Assembly (NCBI GenBank): GCA_963693365.1
Contig: CAVNZM010000014.1
Location: forward strand, 3,968,001 to 4,032,000
DNA: 64,000 nt
DNA from: Amoebidium appalachense
Lineage: Eukaryota; Protista; Ichthyosporea
Direction of reading: 5' to 3'
Shown here: piece by piece, positions 1 to 38,744 of the stretch
Layout: each line of letters starts with the position of its first letter
Position numbering within the stretch: position 1 is the first letter of the stretch
Notes under the pieces: model-generated
Seen by the model: the letters and a program-made list of their open reading frames with translations, nothing else
Databases searched by the model: none
What the model was told of the DNA's origin: nothing
Made by a program: the position numbers and the translations under genes

Positions 1-6
1 TCTACC

Positions 7-948
7 ATGCAGCTGCATTTATCCGGCGAAGGGGGGAACCTTTCCCTGAGAAGTGGTGATGGGTCCAACACCACCCATACGGCCAACACAACAGCCACCA
101 GGGGCAAGGCCACTGCCACGGTTCCAACGCAAAGGCGGCGCGCACGATTCACACAAACACGAACCACAGATCAGAATGGTTTGGAGTATTATGTGTCTGT
201 GGGCGAGGAGGTACGTTCGGGTAGATGGTCGGATGCGGAGACCGCGTTGATTGAAAGTATTGTTATTTCGCTTGCGGAACAAAAGTTGCCGGCAACAGAG
301 GAGGACATATTTGCACATTACCATGCAGCATTGGAGGGCAACGAGGAGGGTGTGGGGCTGGATGCCATCCTTTCCAAAACGTTGAAGCAAATCAAGTCAA
401 AAATAGAACACATTGAGAAGGAAAGACGTTTGCGTAGTCAGGTGGCCGCCGAGGTGAGGGAGGAAATCGCAAGGGCTAAGGAAGCCGCTGCTAGGACAGT
501 TACGGAGAAAGCAAGCGAGAGAGCACGAAACACGAAACGTGGGCTGAAGTCACAGAGTAATTCACAGACTGCCCCGTCAAAGAAGGCCAAGCCCAGCGGC
601 CTTTCACGTGCAAGCACCAACACAGGTGTTGCCCCTCAGGAGCATGATCCCACCAGTTCGTCAACCGATTCGGCGGATGAATTCCAAAGCACCCAACAGT
701 CTGGGGTGATTCCCCCTAGCCAGCACCCGCACCATCCGCAAGCGTTCCACCCCAGTTATTATCACACATACCCGAGCACGATAGCCAGTGCACAATGTAG
801 CGTCTGTCAACTGACTTTAGCAATCCCTCCCCATCTGTGTCATACTTACATGCAATGCTGTAGGTGCAAGGCCATGTTGTATGCTCTGGTCACCGCTTTT
901 GGCATCCGCCTGCTCAGTTTTAGTGTCACGGATAATAGGTGGAAGTGA
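7..948 (+). CDS. Intronless ORF: Myb/SANT(trihelix)-like domain, coiled coil and C-terminal C4 zinc-finger-like motif; may start upstream of the window
   Basis: 313-aa ORF free of microsatellites. GRWSDAETALI...SKTLKQIKSKIEHI resembles Myb/SANT-like helices 1 and 3. The C-terminus CSVC-x16-CCRC resembles LSD1-type fingers. Confidence 0.5.
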   Translation: MQLHLSGEGGNLSLRSGDGSNTTHTANTTATRGKATATVPTQRRRARFTQTRTTDQNGLEYYVSVGEEVRSGRWSDAETALIESIVISLAEQKLPATEEDIFAHYHAALEGNEEGVGLDAILSKTLKQIKSKIEHIEKERRLRSQVAAEVREEIARAKEAAARTVTEKASERARNTKRGLKSQSNSQTAPSKKAKPSGLSRASTNTGVAPQEHDPTSSSTDSADEFQSTQQSGVIPPSQHPHHPQAFHPSYYHTYPSTIASAQCSVCQLTLAIPPHLCHTYMQCCRCKAMLYALVTAFGIRLLSFSVTDNRWK

Positions 949-1489
949 GCCAATCCCTCCACGTAGTTTTTTATTTTTCTAATTGTTATTGTGGCTGCCA
1001 GCTGCTTTGGGGTCAGGTGGCAAACGTAGGGCATGTCTAGTAGGTTCGATTAGTATGGGATTTGGCATCATGATGCCAAGACTTAGTCAATACAGTAACT
1101 TAAGAATCAGTTTGTTAGGTGTTAGTTGTAACATTTAACTTCCAGTAATGTTCAGCATGTCATAGTGGTAGTTTATGATTGTAATGTTACTTACAGTTTA
1201 ACTACATGTAATGTCATGGTGTATGTAGAGTATGCTGTCACATTCAATGCACACACACACGGCACACACACACGAACATGCACACACGCAACCACATACA
1301 CGTCAAGCACACACTACGTATACATCCATGCATGCGACATTCGCCTTTTTAATACCTATGATATCATTACGTAGTCAAAATACCATAATAATAATGTGTA
1401 GAAGTGATTGCAGGTCACTTTCACATGCTGCAGCTGTTTTATTAATAATGACACCGTAAATTAATGGCAAGCACACTGCAGACTCGGAT

Positions 1490-1490
<1 letters not shown>

Positions 1491-1522
<32 letters not shown>

Positions 1523-1697
1523 ACAAAAAAAAAAAAAAAAAAAAAAATCCCCCCCCCCCCCCCCCCCCCCCGTTCCCCCTCGAAATTTTCGGGGGCGGGG
1601 GCGGGGCGGGGCGGGGCGGGGCGGGGTGGGGCGGGGCGGGGCGGGGCGGGGCGGGGCGGGGCGGGGCGGGGCGGGGGGGGGGGGGGGGGGGGGGGGG
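1491..1697. repeat. Compound simple repeat: poly-C, poly-A, poly-C, (GGGGC)n, poly-G
   Basis: Read directly; GGGGC pentamer array at about 1591-1675. Confidence 0.9.
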
Positions 1698-2519
1698 AGA
1701 GCTTGGGAAACGAGGGTGCAACCGAAAAAGGCTTTTAATTAGCCCGCACTGACGTCGGAGGCAACCAATCAAACAGATTAAAATGAGCCGCATGACAATT
1801 AGCGATAAAAAATACACGAAGCATGAGTAACCTCTTTGTAACGAATCAAACCTCGCATATGATATGCGGACTAAAAATAGATAGCCAATAAAAGGTGGCT
1901 CACGTGAGCCAAGAGTTGTACACTGGTCACGAACATAAAGGCGATTGGGAACCGATAGGCATGTTGCCTTCAGTTCCGTTCCAGACTATACCATAAGTTC
2001 CGACTACTTTGTGCTCCTTCCTCTCCTTCCAGACTTAGGCTCCTTAGCTTCCACCTTAGCGCTACACACATCCACATACTATGTACACCGTCACATCAGG
2101 TTTGTGCTCTTGACACCTTCAGTATGTTTCCATTTTAGGAAGGTAAAATGTCTGTGACATCAGGATTGGCTGGCTGCGCCCAGCGGCCGGCACCGGGCCC
2201 GGATCATGATCATGATCAGCCTGCAAAATTTTGGCCAGTGCTTCCTGTGACTCACTAGCAGTGAGCTCACGCGGAAGGTATCATTTCATTCGAAACTGGT
2301 TTTTTTCAGTATGTCTGGGTTTTTTCTGTACATGGGGATGGTTACAATGGGTCCCCCTAGTGCCCTAGTGGGGGTGCACGAGTGTGTGTGTGTACACGTG
2401 TGGTGGTCACGGTGTGACAGTCACGGCTGTTACAACTGTGTGCGTGTGCGTGTGTGTGTGTGTACATGTGTGGACACTGGGGGAGCTTCGAAGCGAGGGG
2501 GAGGAGGTGGTGGTGGTGG

Positions 2520-2560
<41 letters not shown>

Positions 2561-2595
2561 GGGGGGGGGGGGGGAGGGGTGAATTATGATGACAA

Positions 2596-4160
2596 TTTTT
2601 TTTTTCTTCTTTTGACTGGATTTATTCGACGGAAAGATATGCAAGTATGCACGGCATACTGAGAAGACAATTAAAACTTCACGAGTTATCCAGTAACAAG
2701 TGCATACTGAGATACCTGAACACTGTGTGAAAATCATATAAATACTCAATGTGACGACCAACAGAATTCAACAAAAAGTCTAAAGTGTTCACATTGCCAG
2801 CTAGTGTAGCAGACACGACCCGTAGGGAAAGAGGTAAAACGCGACATAAAAACTCACACCTATGAACATGCTTGCGATTAAAAAGTTCAGCACAAAAGTG
2901 GCACCAGCGGCGATGAAAACAAGAATTACAGCGCCACTGCACAACTTCCCAGGCAATATCAACATCAGAGCACCATACAGACTTATCTACTAGGGTGGTA
3001 TCCATACGTACAGCAAAAGAAATGTATCCTGCCAAAGCTCCCAAAAAGCGATAATGATCAGTACGGTGTTGCCTAAGGAACATAACACATGCCGACTGAG
3101 TTTTACCTTTGATTTCTCTATCAGAGAAAGAAACTTATACTGCGTATGGTAATAACGCGAAAAGGCAGAAAAAACAGGAAGAGAAAAGAAAGAGGGAGTG
3201 TGATAGCGAGAGGAAGAATCAGGTTGAAAGGGGGTAGGCTGAGGACATTCAGAAGTAGCGTTGGTGAATCGGGGGGGAAGAGGGATGGAGGGACGGAGGG
3301 GGGGAAGAAAGCATAAAGAGGGTGACCATCAAGTATCCTAACTAAATGAAAACAAAAACGAAGAGACAATTCCTCCATACGACAAACAGCAGACGACAAT
3401 CCAAACATACTGATTAAGGGAGGCACAAACCGAGTATGAAACAAAGTGCGCAGCGCAGTACCCTGAAAACCGTCGAACTCTTTCAGCGCCACGGCCGCCT
3501 CGCGAGGTGGGGCGCAGGCCAATAGCGGAAGTCCATATTCGAAAGTCGGCCGTAAGAAAGTTTTATAGTAGAGAAGAAGGTTCGCAGGATGGATCACAGA
3601 CTCCCGTTGAAACATATTTGACACGATGTGAAACTTACCCTTCGCACGAGCGATCCGTGCCGTGAGGAGCTTGCGGAAATCAATACCCCGTGCAGTATAG
3701 TCATAGGTGCTCTGAACAGGAATAGGAAGACCGGCCAATCGAAAGGAAGCGTTTTTCGAAAAAGTAGCACACTTTGCAATTCCGACTGTCATGAGATTCT
3801 CGGTGCACCATTGACCCACCTGACGAAGCATCTGGTGCATGACATCTTCGGTTAAGGAACAAAGAACAATATCGTCCGCAAAAAGGAGACCGGGTACACG
3901 GCGGGTATGCAGTTGGCCAATTGCAAAGGGTTCGAGGGCGCAGGCTAAATCGTCAATGAAAACGTCAAACAACAACGGACTCAGGAGAGACCCCTGCAGA
4001 AGACCCCGAGAACGGGAAAACCCGGGTGTTAATGTTCCATTGACCGCCGCTCGTCCGCGAGTGGTATCGAACAACGCTTGCAGAAGACGGCCAAAGGGGG
4101 CTGATAATAAGCCCCGCATAGCCAGCTTATGCCATAACAAACCAGTGGGTAAACCCCCCC
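2596..4160 (-). mobile_element. 5'-truncated, degenerate non-LTR retrotransposon (LINE): C-terminal half of RT, Cys/His finger, 3' UTR and A-rich tail
   Basis: ORF 3121-4200 has LWHKL, GLLQGSLLSPLLF and LLFADDIVL motifs. The thumb YLG motif is missing (STYDY|TARG). A frameshifted continuation (2679-3083) has CHFC-x7-H-x3-C. AATAAA and an A-rich tail end at 2596 on the minus strand. Confidence 0.88.
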
Positions 4161-4489
4161 CCAGTGGGTACGGTGTCGTAGGCGTTCTTATGGATGACAA
4201 AATCAGCCCAACGATTTACTGGCAGGGAACTTCGGAATTCAAGGCTCTTATTTGAATACGCCTGTCACACACATGCAACCCGTATGCTGTGACTGGGCCG
4301 GTGTGACAGTCTCCCACGTGCAACGCAACAACACGTATTGTCCATTGAACTAATATATGGAGGTGTTGCAGTTATACGTTGCCTACATTATGTACACATT
4401 CAATCTCAAGACGTTCCAAGGATTATAGAGGCTCATCCGGTACATACCAGGTGAAAATACAAATGACAACGTATGGATGTTCTAGAAAT

Positions 4490-4520
<31 letters not shown>

Positions 4521-5274
4521 CCCCCCCCCCCACCGACCCACACCACCACCACCACAAACAAACAAACATTGTCATACAAACAAACAAGCAAACAAACAAA
4601 ACAAAACAAAAAAAAGCCCCGTCGGGCTCTCAGCTCTTCAAACCCAAACCCGACCGACATGCATATGCAAAACCCATTGCCTCCAGAAAATAATTCTTCA
4701 AAGACCCCTTTTCAAGGAGTGTAGCACGACCAAGAAAACACCACTTCCATAATGTGATCTATTCAATAGTAAGAACTGCATTTGTATCACGACACCTCTT
4801 TTTAAATACTGAAATCATCGGAGAAAATAGAGGGAAAAACAATGCCCGCTGCGTGCGTAGGTGGGTGACAGGTGGAGAGGGGGGGGGGGGGGGGGGGGAT
4901 ATCCAATGACATTCGAGAGTATAGCAGTAGATATTCTAGGAAAGAAACCTGAAAGTCTAAATCATTTTCAGTGCCCTGCGTGTCCCCCCCCCCCCCCCCC
5001 CCCCGCGATAAAATACAATGACCCCCCCCCCCCCCCCCCCCCCCAAAAAAAAAGAAATAAAAATAAAAATAAAAAATAAAAAATAAAAAGCACCCCACAA
5101 TCACAAAAAAGCCTTACTACCATCCCAACAGACAAGGGCGAGAGGGGAGGGACGGAATTTTTTCGGAAAGAGAGGGGGGGGGGGGGGGGGGAAGAAAAAG
5201 AAAGTCTTGGGAAAGCAAGAAGCCCCCCCCCCCCCCCCACCCCCCCCCCCCAAAAAAACCCCCGCTCACTCGTA

Positions 5275-15279
<10,005 letters not shown>

Positions 15280-16980
15280 GGTGCGCTCGAAGTGCTAACT
15301 TAAACAGAGCGCTAAAATGCAGCGGAGCGAAAAAAAAAAAGATTTCAGGTAAAAAAAGTGTAAGGTGTTCGGCACATAGTAGTGTGTCTAGGTGCCACTA
15401 TGGTCTGATTTGTGGTGAAGGATGGGCCGGTGCCTTGCCGCGGCAACTCTCAGAAAAGACACGGGGAAGAGGGTTTAGGGTTGAATTATATTTTTGACTC
15501 GGCTGTTTGCCGGAAAAGTTGAACAACGGACAGGTCCACTTGACCGGTGTTTCAGTTGCTTTAAAGTACTATATGAATACTATATCACGTTTGTGCATTA
15601 ATAGCTTTAAACCATAATGAGTCCTATCCATTTGAAAAGAGGTGTTAAAGTCAGACCCTCAAAATTACCATCCCATAACTCTGAGCCAGTGGCGGGAACT
15701 TGTGACGGGCCGACGAGTTCAAGCTTGTGTGTGCCTGCATCAGTAAGGAGGCCTTGGCCTGCATGCGCGTGCGTGCAGTGCGAAGCTTGAAGTGTGTGTG
15801 AAGATTTACGTTTGTGTGATATATCATGGTATGCGGCTGATATTTCAATGCAACGCACCCATACTGCCGCTGTACGAAGCAAGAAGGCAAGGAAGTGCAA
15901 ATCGGGGACAGCCAAAAGCAAGGCATACGTGTTCAAGGGGCGAGGATGAACCTGATGAACTTTAGTACACTGTGGTAATGGCGGTGTTGGTGGTGAACTT
16001 ATGTTGTATTGCTAAGTAGTGGTGACCGGTGCGTATTTTTAATATGTGTGTATGTGCGCGCTTGTTGGTGTGTTCATATGTGCGCGTTTGTGCGTGTTTG
16101 TGTGCGTGCTTGTGGTGGCTGTGGTGGTGCATGTGTGTGTGCCTCGGGGGCCGGTGTCCCCCGGGGGAGCCTCTGGTGATTAGTAGGTCGCCCTCAGGTC
16201 GTTACGGAGTCGTGCCAAGTTGCATTGTGGCTTAATTAATTTCACACCTTTCCACCCATATGTAAAGAGCCACGCAATAATTATGATATATTTAGCTAAA
16301 GGAGGTCCTTAAAAGTACCGTTGCTTCCCTTTATGCATCAGTGTGTGAGTTGTGTGCATCATCAGGCTCATAACTCCGCAGTGTTGCACGTACTTATATA
16401 AACTTGTGTGGAGGGACACCAGCGACTTGTATGTAATGCGTGAAACGGTAGCTACTTGCACAAAGAGCATACACCCCCTTGCCCTCCCCCCCACTTCTTT
16501 TTATTTTTTTATTTTTTTTGGGGGGGGGGGGAGAGGGGAGGGAGGGAGGGGACTTCGAAACTGCGTGTTACGGTACTCACGCAGAAAGCACCGTGTATTT
16601 CCGTTCTGTCTGTTAACCCACATATGATAATCTCTTCATAACAATAATCACTGTTTTCATTCGCAGGTCACGCATGGTCATACACTTCGTTTGAAAGCTG
16701 ATACCATCTGTACATGTGCGTGCACAACCAGACACAGCAATCTAAAACAACACGACCTGTCAAAAAATCTCCGTCCAAATACTGTACAACCTAGCAAGTA
16801 ACTGCCAAGCCAAAATGTTAGACATACAATACAACATACAGTAGTCCTTCACAAATGCCTCATTACAAGTAATCATATACGTACAAACACAAATCCAGTT
16901 GCAGAAAGCCCGTAGAATCATCGTATAGCCTGCATTCCCCTTTGTCGTTGTAAATATCAACTGATAACGAAATGCCAATA

Positions 16981-17940
16981 CTAATGCCATTGCCTATCCC
17001 TCCCCTCTGCCTCTATCTCCTTCAGTAGAGGGTACAGCACCCCCAGTCTCCTCCGTTCCCAATACCTCCCATTCCTGGCCCCCCACAACACATCCCTAGA
17101 CCGCACACCCGTGCCGTATAGTGCATGGTTCTTCTTGTCGCACAGCGCTTGTATCCGCCCAATCCTTACCCCCAACTCCCTCGATTTCGTCACCGAATAC
17201 AACACAACATCTCCTCCCCAGTTCTTTTGCCTTGACTCAATCTCATTCCCCGGGTGGATCAAACCCGCCTTCTCCCTCGCCCGGAAACCCGCGCTGACAA
17301 ACCTCCTAAGGCCACGTTCGGACATAATCAACATGACAAGGTGCTTGGTGCTTGTACCAGCAGTGAGCCCAACCCCGCAACCAGAAAACGTAACAGCTGC
17401 AGGTAGACCCCATTGACATCCAGCCTTGGTGGCTTGTCGTGCGAGCAGGACACCATGCCCTCTGCCCCCCTCCACTATACACCCCGCCGAGCTTATCTTC
17501 CCAATGACAATCCCAACCGCCCCAGCAAACATCACCGGGGGAATCTGATCTCGAAGAATGACTAATGTTTTCTCAGCCTGCTCCAACGTAGACACGAAAT
17601 GCTCCAACGAGGCCGCTTCTCTCTGTACCACTTCAACATCATCGCTAATCATGCTCGTTTCGCTGGGAAAATGTTCTGATGACCCTTTGCTGCTGCTGAG
17701 CGAGACACCGCTAATCCCAGAATACCGTCGGCTGGCGGCCAGCGGCTCACTGAAAGAAACATCGTTCCAATTTGGCAGGGCGGAAGGCTTTTTGTTGTTG
17801 AGGCTCTCTATCCGCGCAGCACGGAGCGAACCGGTCGAAGCTGCCGAAATACGGGAGGTCAGGGTGTCCTTCGGCCGCGTCGACAGCGCTAGCCTATGGA
17901 TGTGTATTTTAGTTTGTAAGTAAAACATCCAATGCACCAC
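16981..17940 (-). CDS. Intronless SYLF/Ysc84 (DUF500) lipid/actin-binding domain protein
   Basis: IPPVMFAGAVGIVI, AGCIVEGGRGHGVLLAR, WGLPAAV, GCGVGLTAG..LVMLIMS and KNHALYG..DVLWG follow the SYLF motif order. The start codon is uncertain. Confidence 0.8.
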   Translation of the reverse strand: MVHWMFYLQTKIHIHRLALSTRPKDTLTSRISAASTGSLRAARIESLNNKKPSALPNWNDVSFSEPLAASRRYSGISGVSLSSSKGSSEHFPSETSMISDDVEVVQREAASLEHFVSTLEQAEKTLVILRDQIPPVMFAGAVGIVIGKISSAGCIVEGGRGHGVLLARQATKAGCQWGLPAAVTFSGCGVGLTAGTSTKHLVMLIMSERGLRRFVSAGFRAREKAGLIHPGNEIESRQKNWGGDVVLYSVTKSRELGVRIGRIQALCDKKNHALYGTGVRSRDVLWGARNGRYWERRRLGVLYPLLKEIEAEGRDRQWH

Positions 17941-19929
17941 TGGTTATACGTCGCCACCAGCGAAAAACAAGACACAAGTGAATTCCGGTCCTGGATCCCG
18001 AAGCTGGATCCCATTCAGCCCATCGTGCAGGGCCACGAGAACATCTTGTAATTGTTGTCCACAAGCACCTTAACAAGCCATCGACACGTGGAGTTCAACT
18101 AACAATACAACAGCCCTCCTTTTACGCACGCAAAAAAAAAGTTCTCTTTGGCCTTTGCTGTCCCAGCCTATGACAAGATCTTGTCAAACATAGCGTTGCT
18201 GTACAGTCTCATTCACAACACAACGTAAAAAAAAAGGTACACAAAATCCCCGTGGAAAAACTCTAGCCAAGTCAACCAGAAACGGGCCCCTCTTTCCTTT
18301 GGACCGCTATTCTACACACCTCTCTGCTAATGGCCACGCACCCGAATAAATCTAAGGTAAGCACAACTCGACTTTCGTTTCACAAAGTTTCAACCTGTCC
18401 TAGAATAACTTGCATGAGGCGATGAAGCTAGCATTAGCTCAGTGCACTTACCCAGCCGGTCGTGGAACATCCGAGGAGTCTAGAGTCATTCCCTCGTATG
18501 CTGCACTCTTGGTGCCTGCCAAATAACGAGAAAACGACACACGTGCACAACGACGTCTAATCTTGTTTAGAGCCCATTCAAGCTGAGTATAATGATAGAA
18601 GTGAGGCTTTAGCCTTACTAAAAAGCACAAAAAATGCTTCAAAAAAACTCTTCGACTGAAAAAAAGATATCAGAGCTTTCGGCCAAGTCTGTTGATGTGT
18701 GAGGAAATAGCACTGTTATATTTTCACCAACTTGACCAGTGGGCATGTTTGAAAACAAATTTACCCCTGCGTAACTACAAGACTGGTGGGCTCCGGACTT
18801 CTTATAATCCGCTACAGGTTGTCTCGGTTGCAAATAAAGAGCAACACCAGTAGTCTTGGTTTTATAATCACCAAAAAGTTATACACAAGGCGAAACTCCA
18901 CGAAAACAAGGTAACATGACTCGTTACAGCTTTTCTAAAACACATGAAAAACGCGTGTACACTTGCACACGTACATATACATGCATTGCCTTATCGTGAT
19001 GTCTGCCGCAATGATTCCTCCTTTTCGGGCCGTTCTTGGGCCATCGACCAGCCGGGTTCCTTGGGATGATTCGCGATCGGCGAAAGTGTTGTACTACTCG
19101 GAATGAATTGCTTTCGTGAATAAATTGCCAAAAGAAATACATATATCATGGTACTTGAACCGGAAACATAGAGATTTTCTCAACGTAGTTGTGTGTTCGA
19201 CTGTTGCAGGCTCTTTGTCAAATTTGTTGTATTATACCCTCCTTCCCATTCCAGACCAACTGGCAGCTTGTCAAGCCAGCTACGAATCGGGTTAGCAATC
19301 ATCGAGCTGACTCGAAAGTGGCTCGCCATGCACACCAATCTGATTGTTTACTTTGTAGAGAAAAGGGCGGGTCCCGGCTGGGCGGTAGATCTGCCTTCGA
19401 TCAAACCCAATCAGCGTGATCCCCTAAGATTAACAACCAATCTTTATTCACCAGCTGCGAGCCACTGAATGCCTGTGCGGATCTAGACGCATGACTCTAA
19501 GCTAATTGTTGCTCGTTGCTAAACGGGAGAACAGATTTGGATCAAAACCTCGGGTGTCTTTGAACGGTTAGTGTGCATGCACGATACTCCCACGTGTGTG
19601 CGCGTGTTCATGTGTGCGCGTGTGCGCGTGTGTGATGCGGGTTGCAACTCGGGAAGGAGTGTCCGTGCACGCGTGGCGGCCGCGGATAAACCCCTGTGAT
19701 TTAGAGACAATTAATTTACATTTTAAACCCGGGTATACGTACATGGTACCGGTGAATTCGGAGCGGGTCACGTTTTGAAATTTAGGGGCCGAGCTCCAGC
19801 TGTGGGATACGGAGAAGGGAAAGAAAGGCCCGAAAAGGAAAGAGAGGGAGAGGGGAGGGGGGGGGGGGGGGGGAGGGGGGAGGGGGGCGTGGTTCGAGGG
19901 AGGAGGGAGCTCTCACCAGATAATTCAAG

Positions 19930-20800
<871 letters not shown>

Positions 20801-21506
20801 GACTACAGGTAACTACTGTATTTTTGGGCATACAACCTCATGACACCAATCACACCCACCATTACATATTTACTTTGAACCCATATTGAAATGGCATCAA
20901 CCTTGACAATGTATTATTAATATTAGGCCCCGGTTATCTCACAATTGAGCCTACCCTTTCACGATTCAAACATAATATATGTATACTACGGACATATTCT
21001 GTCTTCCATTCTTCCTTTTCCTCCCCATGTGTTTTTTTGGATTTTGGTGTGCGTGGCCTAAATGTCTTGTTTGCATATTTTGTACAAGAGAAGGGCTATG
21101 GGCGCGGGTCGGTATAAACGTGAAACAGGTGTGCATATTCTGTGGATGTATGAAGCCAACTAAACACCGCCAACCTTCCCACCCCCACCCGTTTGTCGAA
21201 ACCTCATGTCTTTTATATCAATATAAATTAACCATTAACTAATCAATATAAATTAACCATTAACTAATCAGCACACGCAATGTGAGCAATTCCGTATTAG
21301 TATATATGCTGTGCAGGCATTGCCATTTGCCTTACTACAACCTGTTGAAACTAAAATTAAAATTTAATCTCTTCATCATGTTTTTTCCCCATTGATCCCC
21401 ATCAACTCGTTCACCTATCACACCAGCTTACACCCACTAATCACACGGTGATTTGTCGAACTGGCCGGCTGCATCCAACCACGTTGGTGTTTTGGCGACG
21501 TCACAG

Positions 21507-35962
<14,456 letters not shown>

Positions 35963-36689
35963 CTTGCTCAATGGGCAATCATGATGTGTAATCACAAGGT
36001 AGATTTTCCCTCCTCCCGTGACAGCAGCGCAACTCGAGTGTCAGCTATAAGCTCTACCTAACGCAAGCACAATAGCTCACAGAAATTGAAAAAGTCGTGT
36101 ACAGCGGCCGTATAATGCCCATCGGCGTTCAAGTGAAGAAAAGAAGGCACCGAGGCTCGTTCCGAGGTGGCAGGTTCCCAAACAAATGGCACAGTATTGA
36201 GCCTGGCTCTAATATGGTTGCAACCAAAATATAAGACTACAATCACGTAAAACTATACATAAAAAAAGAAAGAAAGAAAGCAAGAGAGAAAGTGAAGGAA
36301 GAAAAAAACTCACTGTCATGAGCTGGGTGGTCAATACTCTTCCTCATGCCCGACAGTCACCCGAGTTCGGCCGCATGTTGCGAAGCGGGTGGGAAACTAC
36401 TAGGACCTCAACGTTGCCCGTTAATAAATACTCCAGGGATTTGTGTAAATAGGCGATATATTACTTGTGCCATTCCAACAAGACCAATGCACCCCAACTG
36501 CTCCCTCATGCCTCGATCTTTGATTTCGGCTGCTGAAACGCCCGACTTTTTCTAAGCCACATTCCACCCGGTGACACCCGAATTCCACCCAAAACAACGA
36601 GGTGAGTTACAGGTTTGAACTCCCCTCGACCGATGGCATGCTGGGTGGAATGCGGTATGTGAAAGAAAGCGAATTCGTTTTACATGATA

Positions 36690-36930
36690 AATACCCAATC
36701 GCTAAACGGCTATACACTTTTTGACATTCTTGGAATAGATCTATCCAATCGCAGCACTAACTAGGTGATAACGAAGATATGCTTAAAATTCATAGACCAA
36801 TCAACGGCAGCTATCGACTTTGACCAGTACCGAAGTCTTTGATTCGCTTGAAGCCAATCAAAAACATGGACCAATCAACACATCGAAAACAAATACTTCT
36901 TGTGTCAGCAGATCAATATGATTGGACAGG
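36690..36930. promoter_or_regulatory. Cluster of six CCAAT boxes upstream of the bHLH-PAS gene
   Basis: CCAATC at 36695, 36745, 36797, 36854 and 36871, plus reverse-strand GATTGG at 36920. Confidence 0.6.
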
Positions 36931-37011
36931 CTATTGTATGACATAAAGTGCTCTAACTCCACCTGGCATGATTTTCGCAAGTCAAAAACTTCTCACAGGT
37001 GGTGGTAGGAA

Positions 37012-37121
37012 TTTTTTTTTCTTTCTTTTGACTGGATTTATTCGACGGAAAGATATGCAAGTATGCACGGCATACTGAGAAGACAATGAAAACTTCGCGA
37101 GTTATCCAGTAACAAGTGCAT
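37012..37121 (-). mobile_element. About 110-bp 3'-end copy of the LINE at 2596
   Basis: Near-identical to 2596-2705 (ttttgactggatttattcgacggaaagatatgc...ccagtaacaagtgcat), including the tail. Confidence 0.92.
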
Positions 37122-37405
37122 TCTAGAATTCATAACATATCATACCTATCTAGTAGTTTCCCACCTCGCTTCGCAAGCTCCGCCGGACTCCGGAGTCGAT
37201 ACAAAATGTGGCATGCAAACAGCTACAGCGCCGGAGTTACAAAACCCGGGATAGCTTTTATCTCCCTATACCAAACAGAGGGTTTATGTAATTTTGGTTT
37301 CCGTCTCGAAGACTTCGAACTTCGAAGTCCGAAGTCGTACAGCTGAGAGCACCGTGTGCAGCCGCAGCTTCTAGATAGTTGTCACTCTGAGTGCTGTCTC
37401 CCTGC

Positions 37406-37682
<277 letters not shown>

Positions 37683-38567
37683 TTTTTTTCTTTTTTTGCC
37701 GCAGTATACTCTCACTAGCTTACTGCGCCAGAGCCGCGGCTTATTGTAGCTATAGCGGCGGCTACGGGTGCTATCGTAAATACACAAAGTGTGTCATTGC
37801 ATGCTTCAGTTTTTTTTAAAGTTTTATCACGTTTGCCCAGCGAGGCGCAGCCTCGCCATATGGGGTTAACTTGTTATATACACATAGCGCCGGCATCACG
37901 CCGTCAGTGACCTTCATTGGTCTGAAATTCACTCTGAATTAGCCCGCTGCTGGAGCGCACAAATAATCGATGTCGTATAAAAACTATTTTTAGCCTCTAA
38001 ATTTTATTTTGTGACGACGCCCACACTGTAGAGATTGGAGTCGAAACTTAGGAGACATCCTAAGAAAAACATTGAACTACAATTGATGGGGGCTCAAAGC
38101 AGCCTGGATGATAAAGAAGAGTTTCGGGTGTTAATGTCTTCAAGACCTCCGATTGGTCCGTTTATTTTGGAGAAAAGAATGCAGCTATAGCCAATCAAAC
38201 ATTAAATCCGTTATCTTACATACCACAAATAATGTCCCTCTGCTGTCGACCTGAGTGATCACGCCCCGGCCAAAAATGTCCAAAAAATAGTAGAAAAATA
38301 ACCGTAAAAGCGGTTGGTGACTCTCAGATTTGTAAGGCCATCCAGGAAAGGGGAAAGTAGCCAAAATGGTACCAGCCAAAAACGAAGTTCACACCCTGGG
38401 CGCACCGCCGGGCAGAGCTATTTTTAGTTTCCTACCAGCTCGAAGGGGCCGGCCATGATCTGAGGGGTTGTGGGGTTTTGACTGCGCTTCCCGTTTTACC
38501 TTACACGTAGGGCCCCCTTTCCGTAACAACGTAATCGTTTTGTCGAATTTTTTTTTTTTTTAGTATT

Positions 38568-38714
38568 TTGAGTATTTATATGATTTTCACACAGTGTTCA
38601 GGTATCTCAGTATGCACTTGTTACTGGATAACTCGTGAAGTTTTTATTGTCTTCTCAGTATGCCGTGCATACTTGCATATCTTTCCGTCGAATAAATCCA
38701 GTCAAAAGAAGAAA
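38568..38714 (+). mobile_element. About 147-bp 3'-end copy of the same LINE, opposite orientation
   Basis: Reverse complement of about 2603-2749, ending cgaataaatccagtcaaaagaagaaa. Confidence 0.92.
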
Positions 38715-38744
38715 GTTTTCACAGTTATGTAGTGTGTTGTTATA

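Noticed and set aside
21216-21268. Short tandem duplications (also near 21670, 59413 and 62105)
   Set aside because: Ordinary slippage duplications with no link to a functional site.
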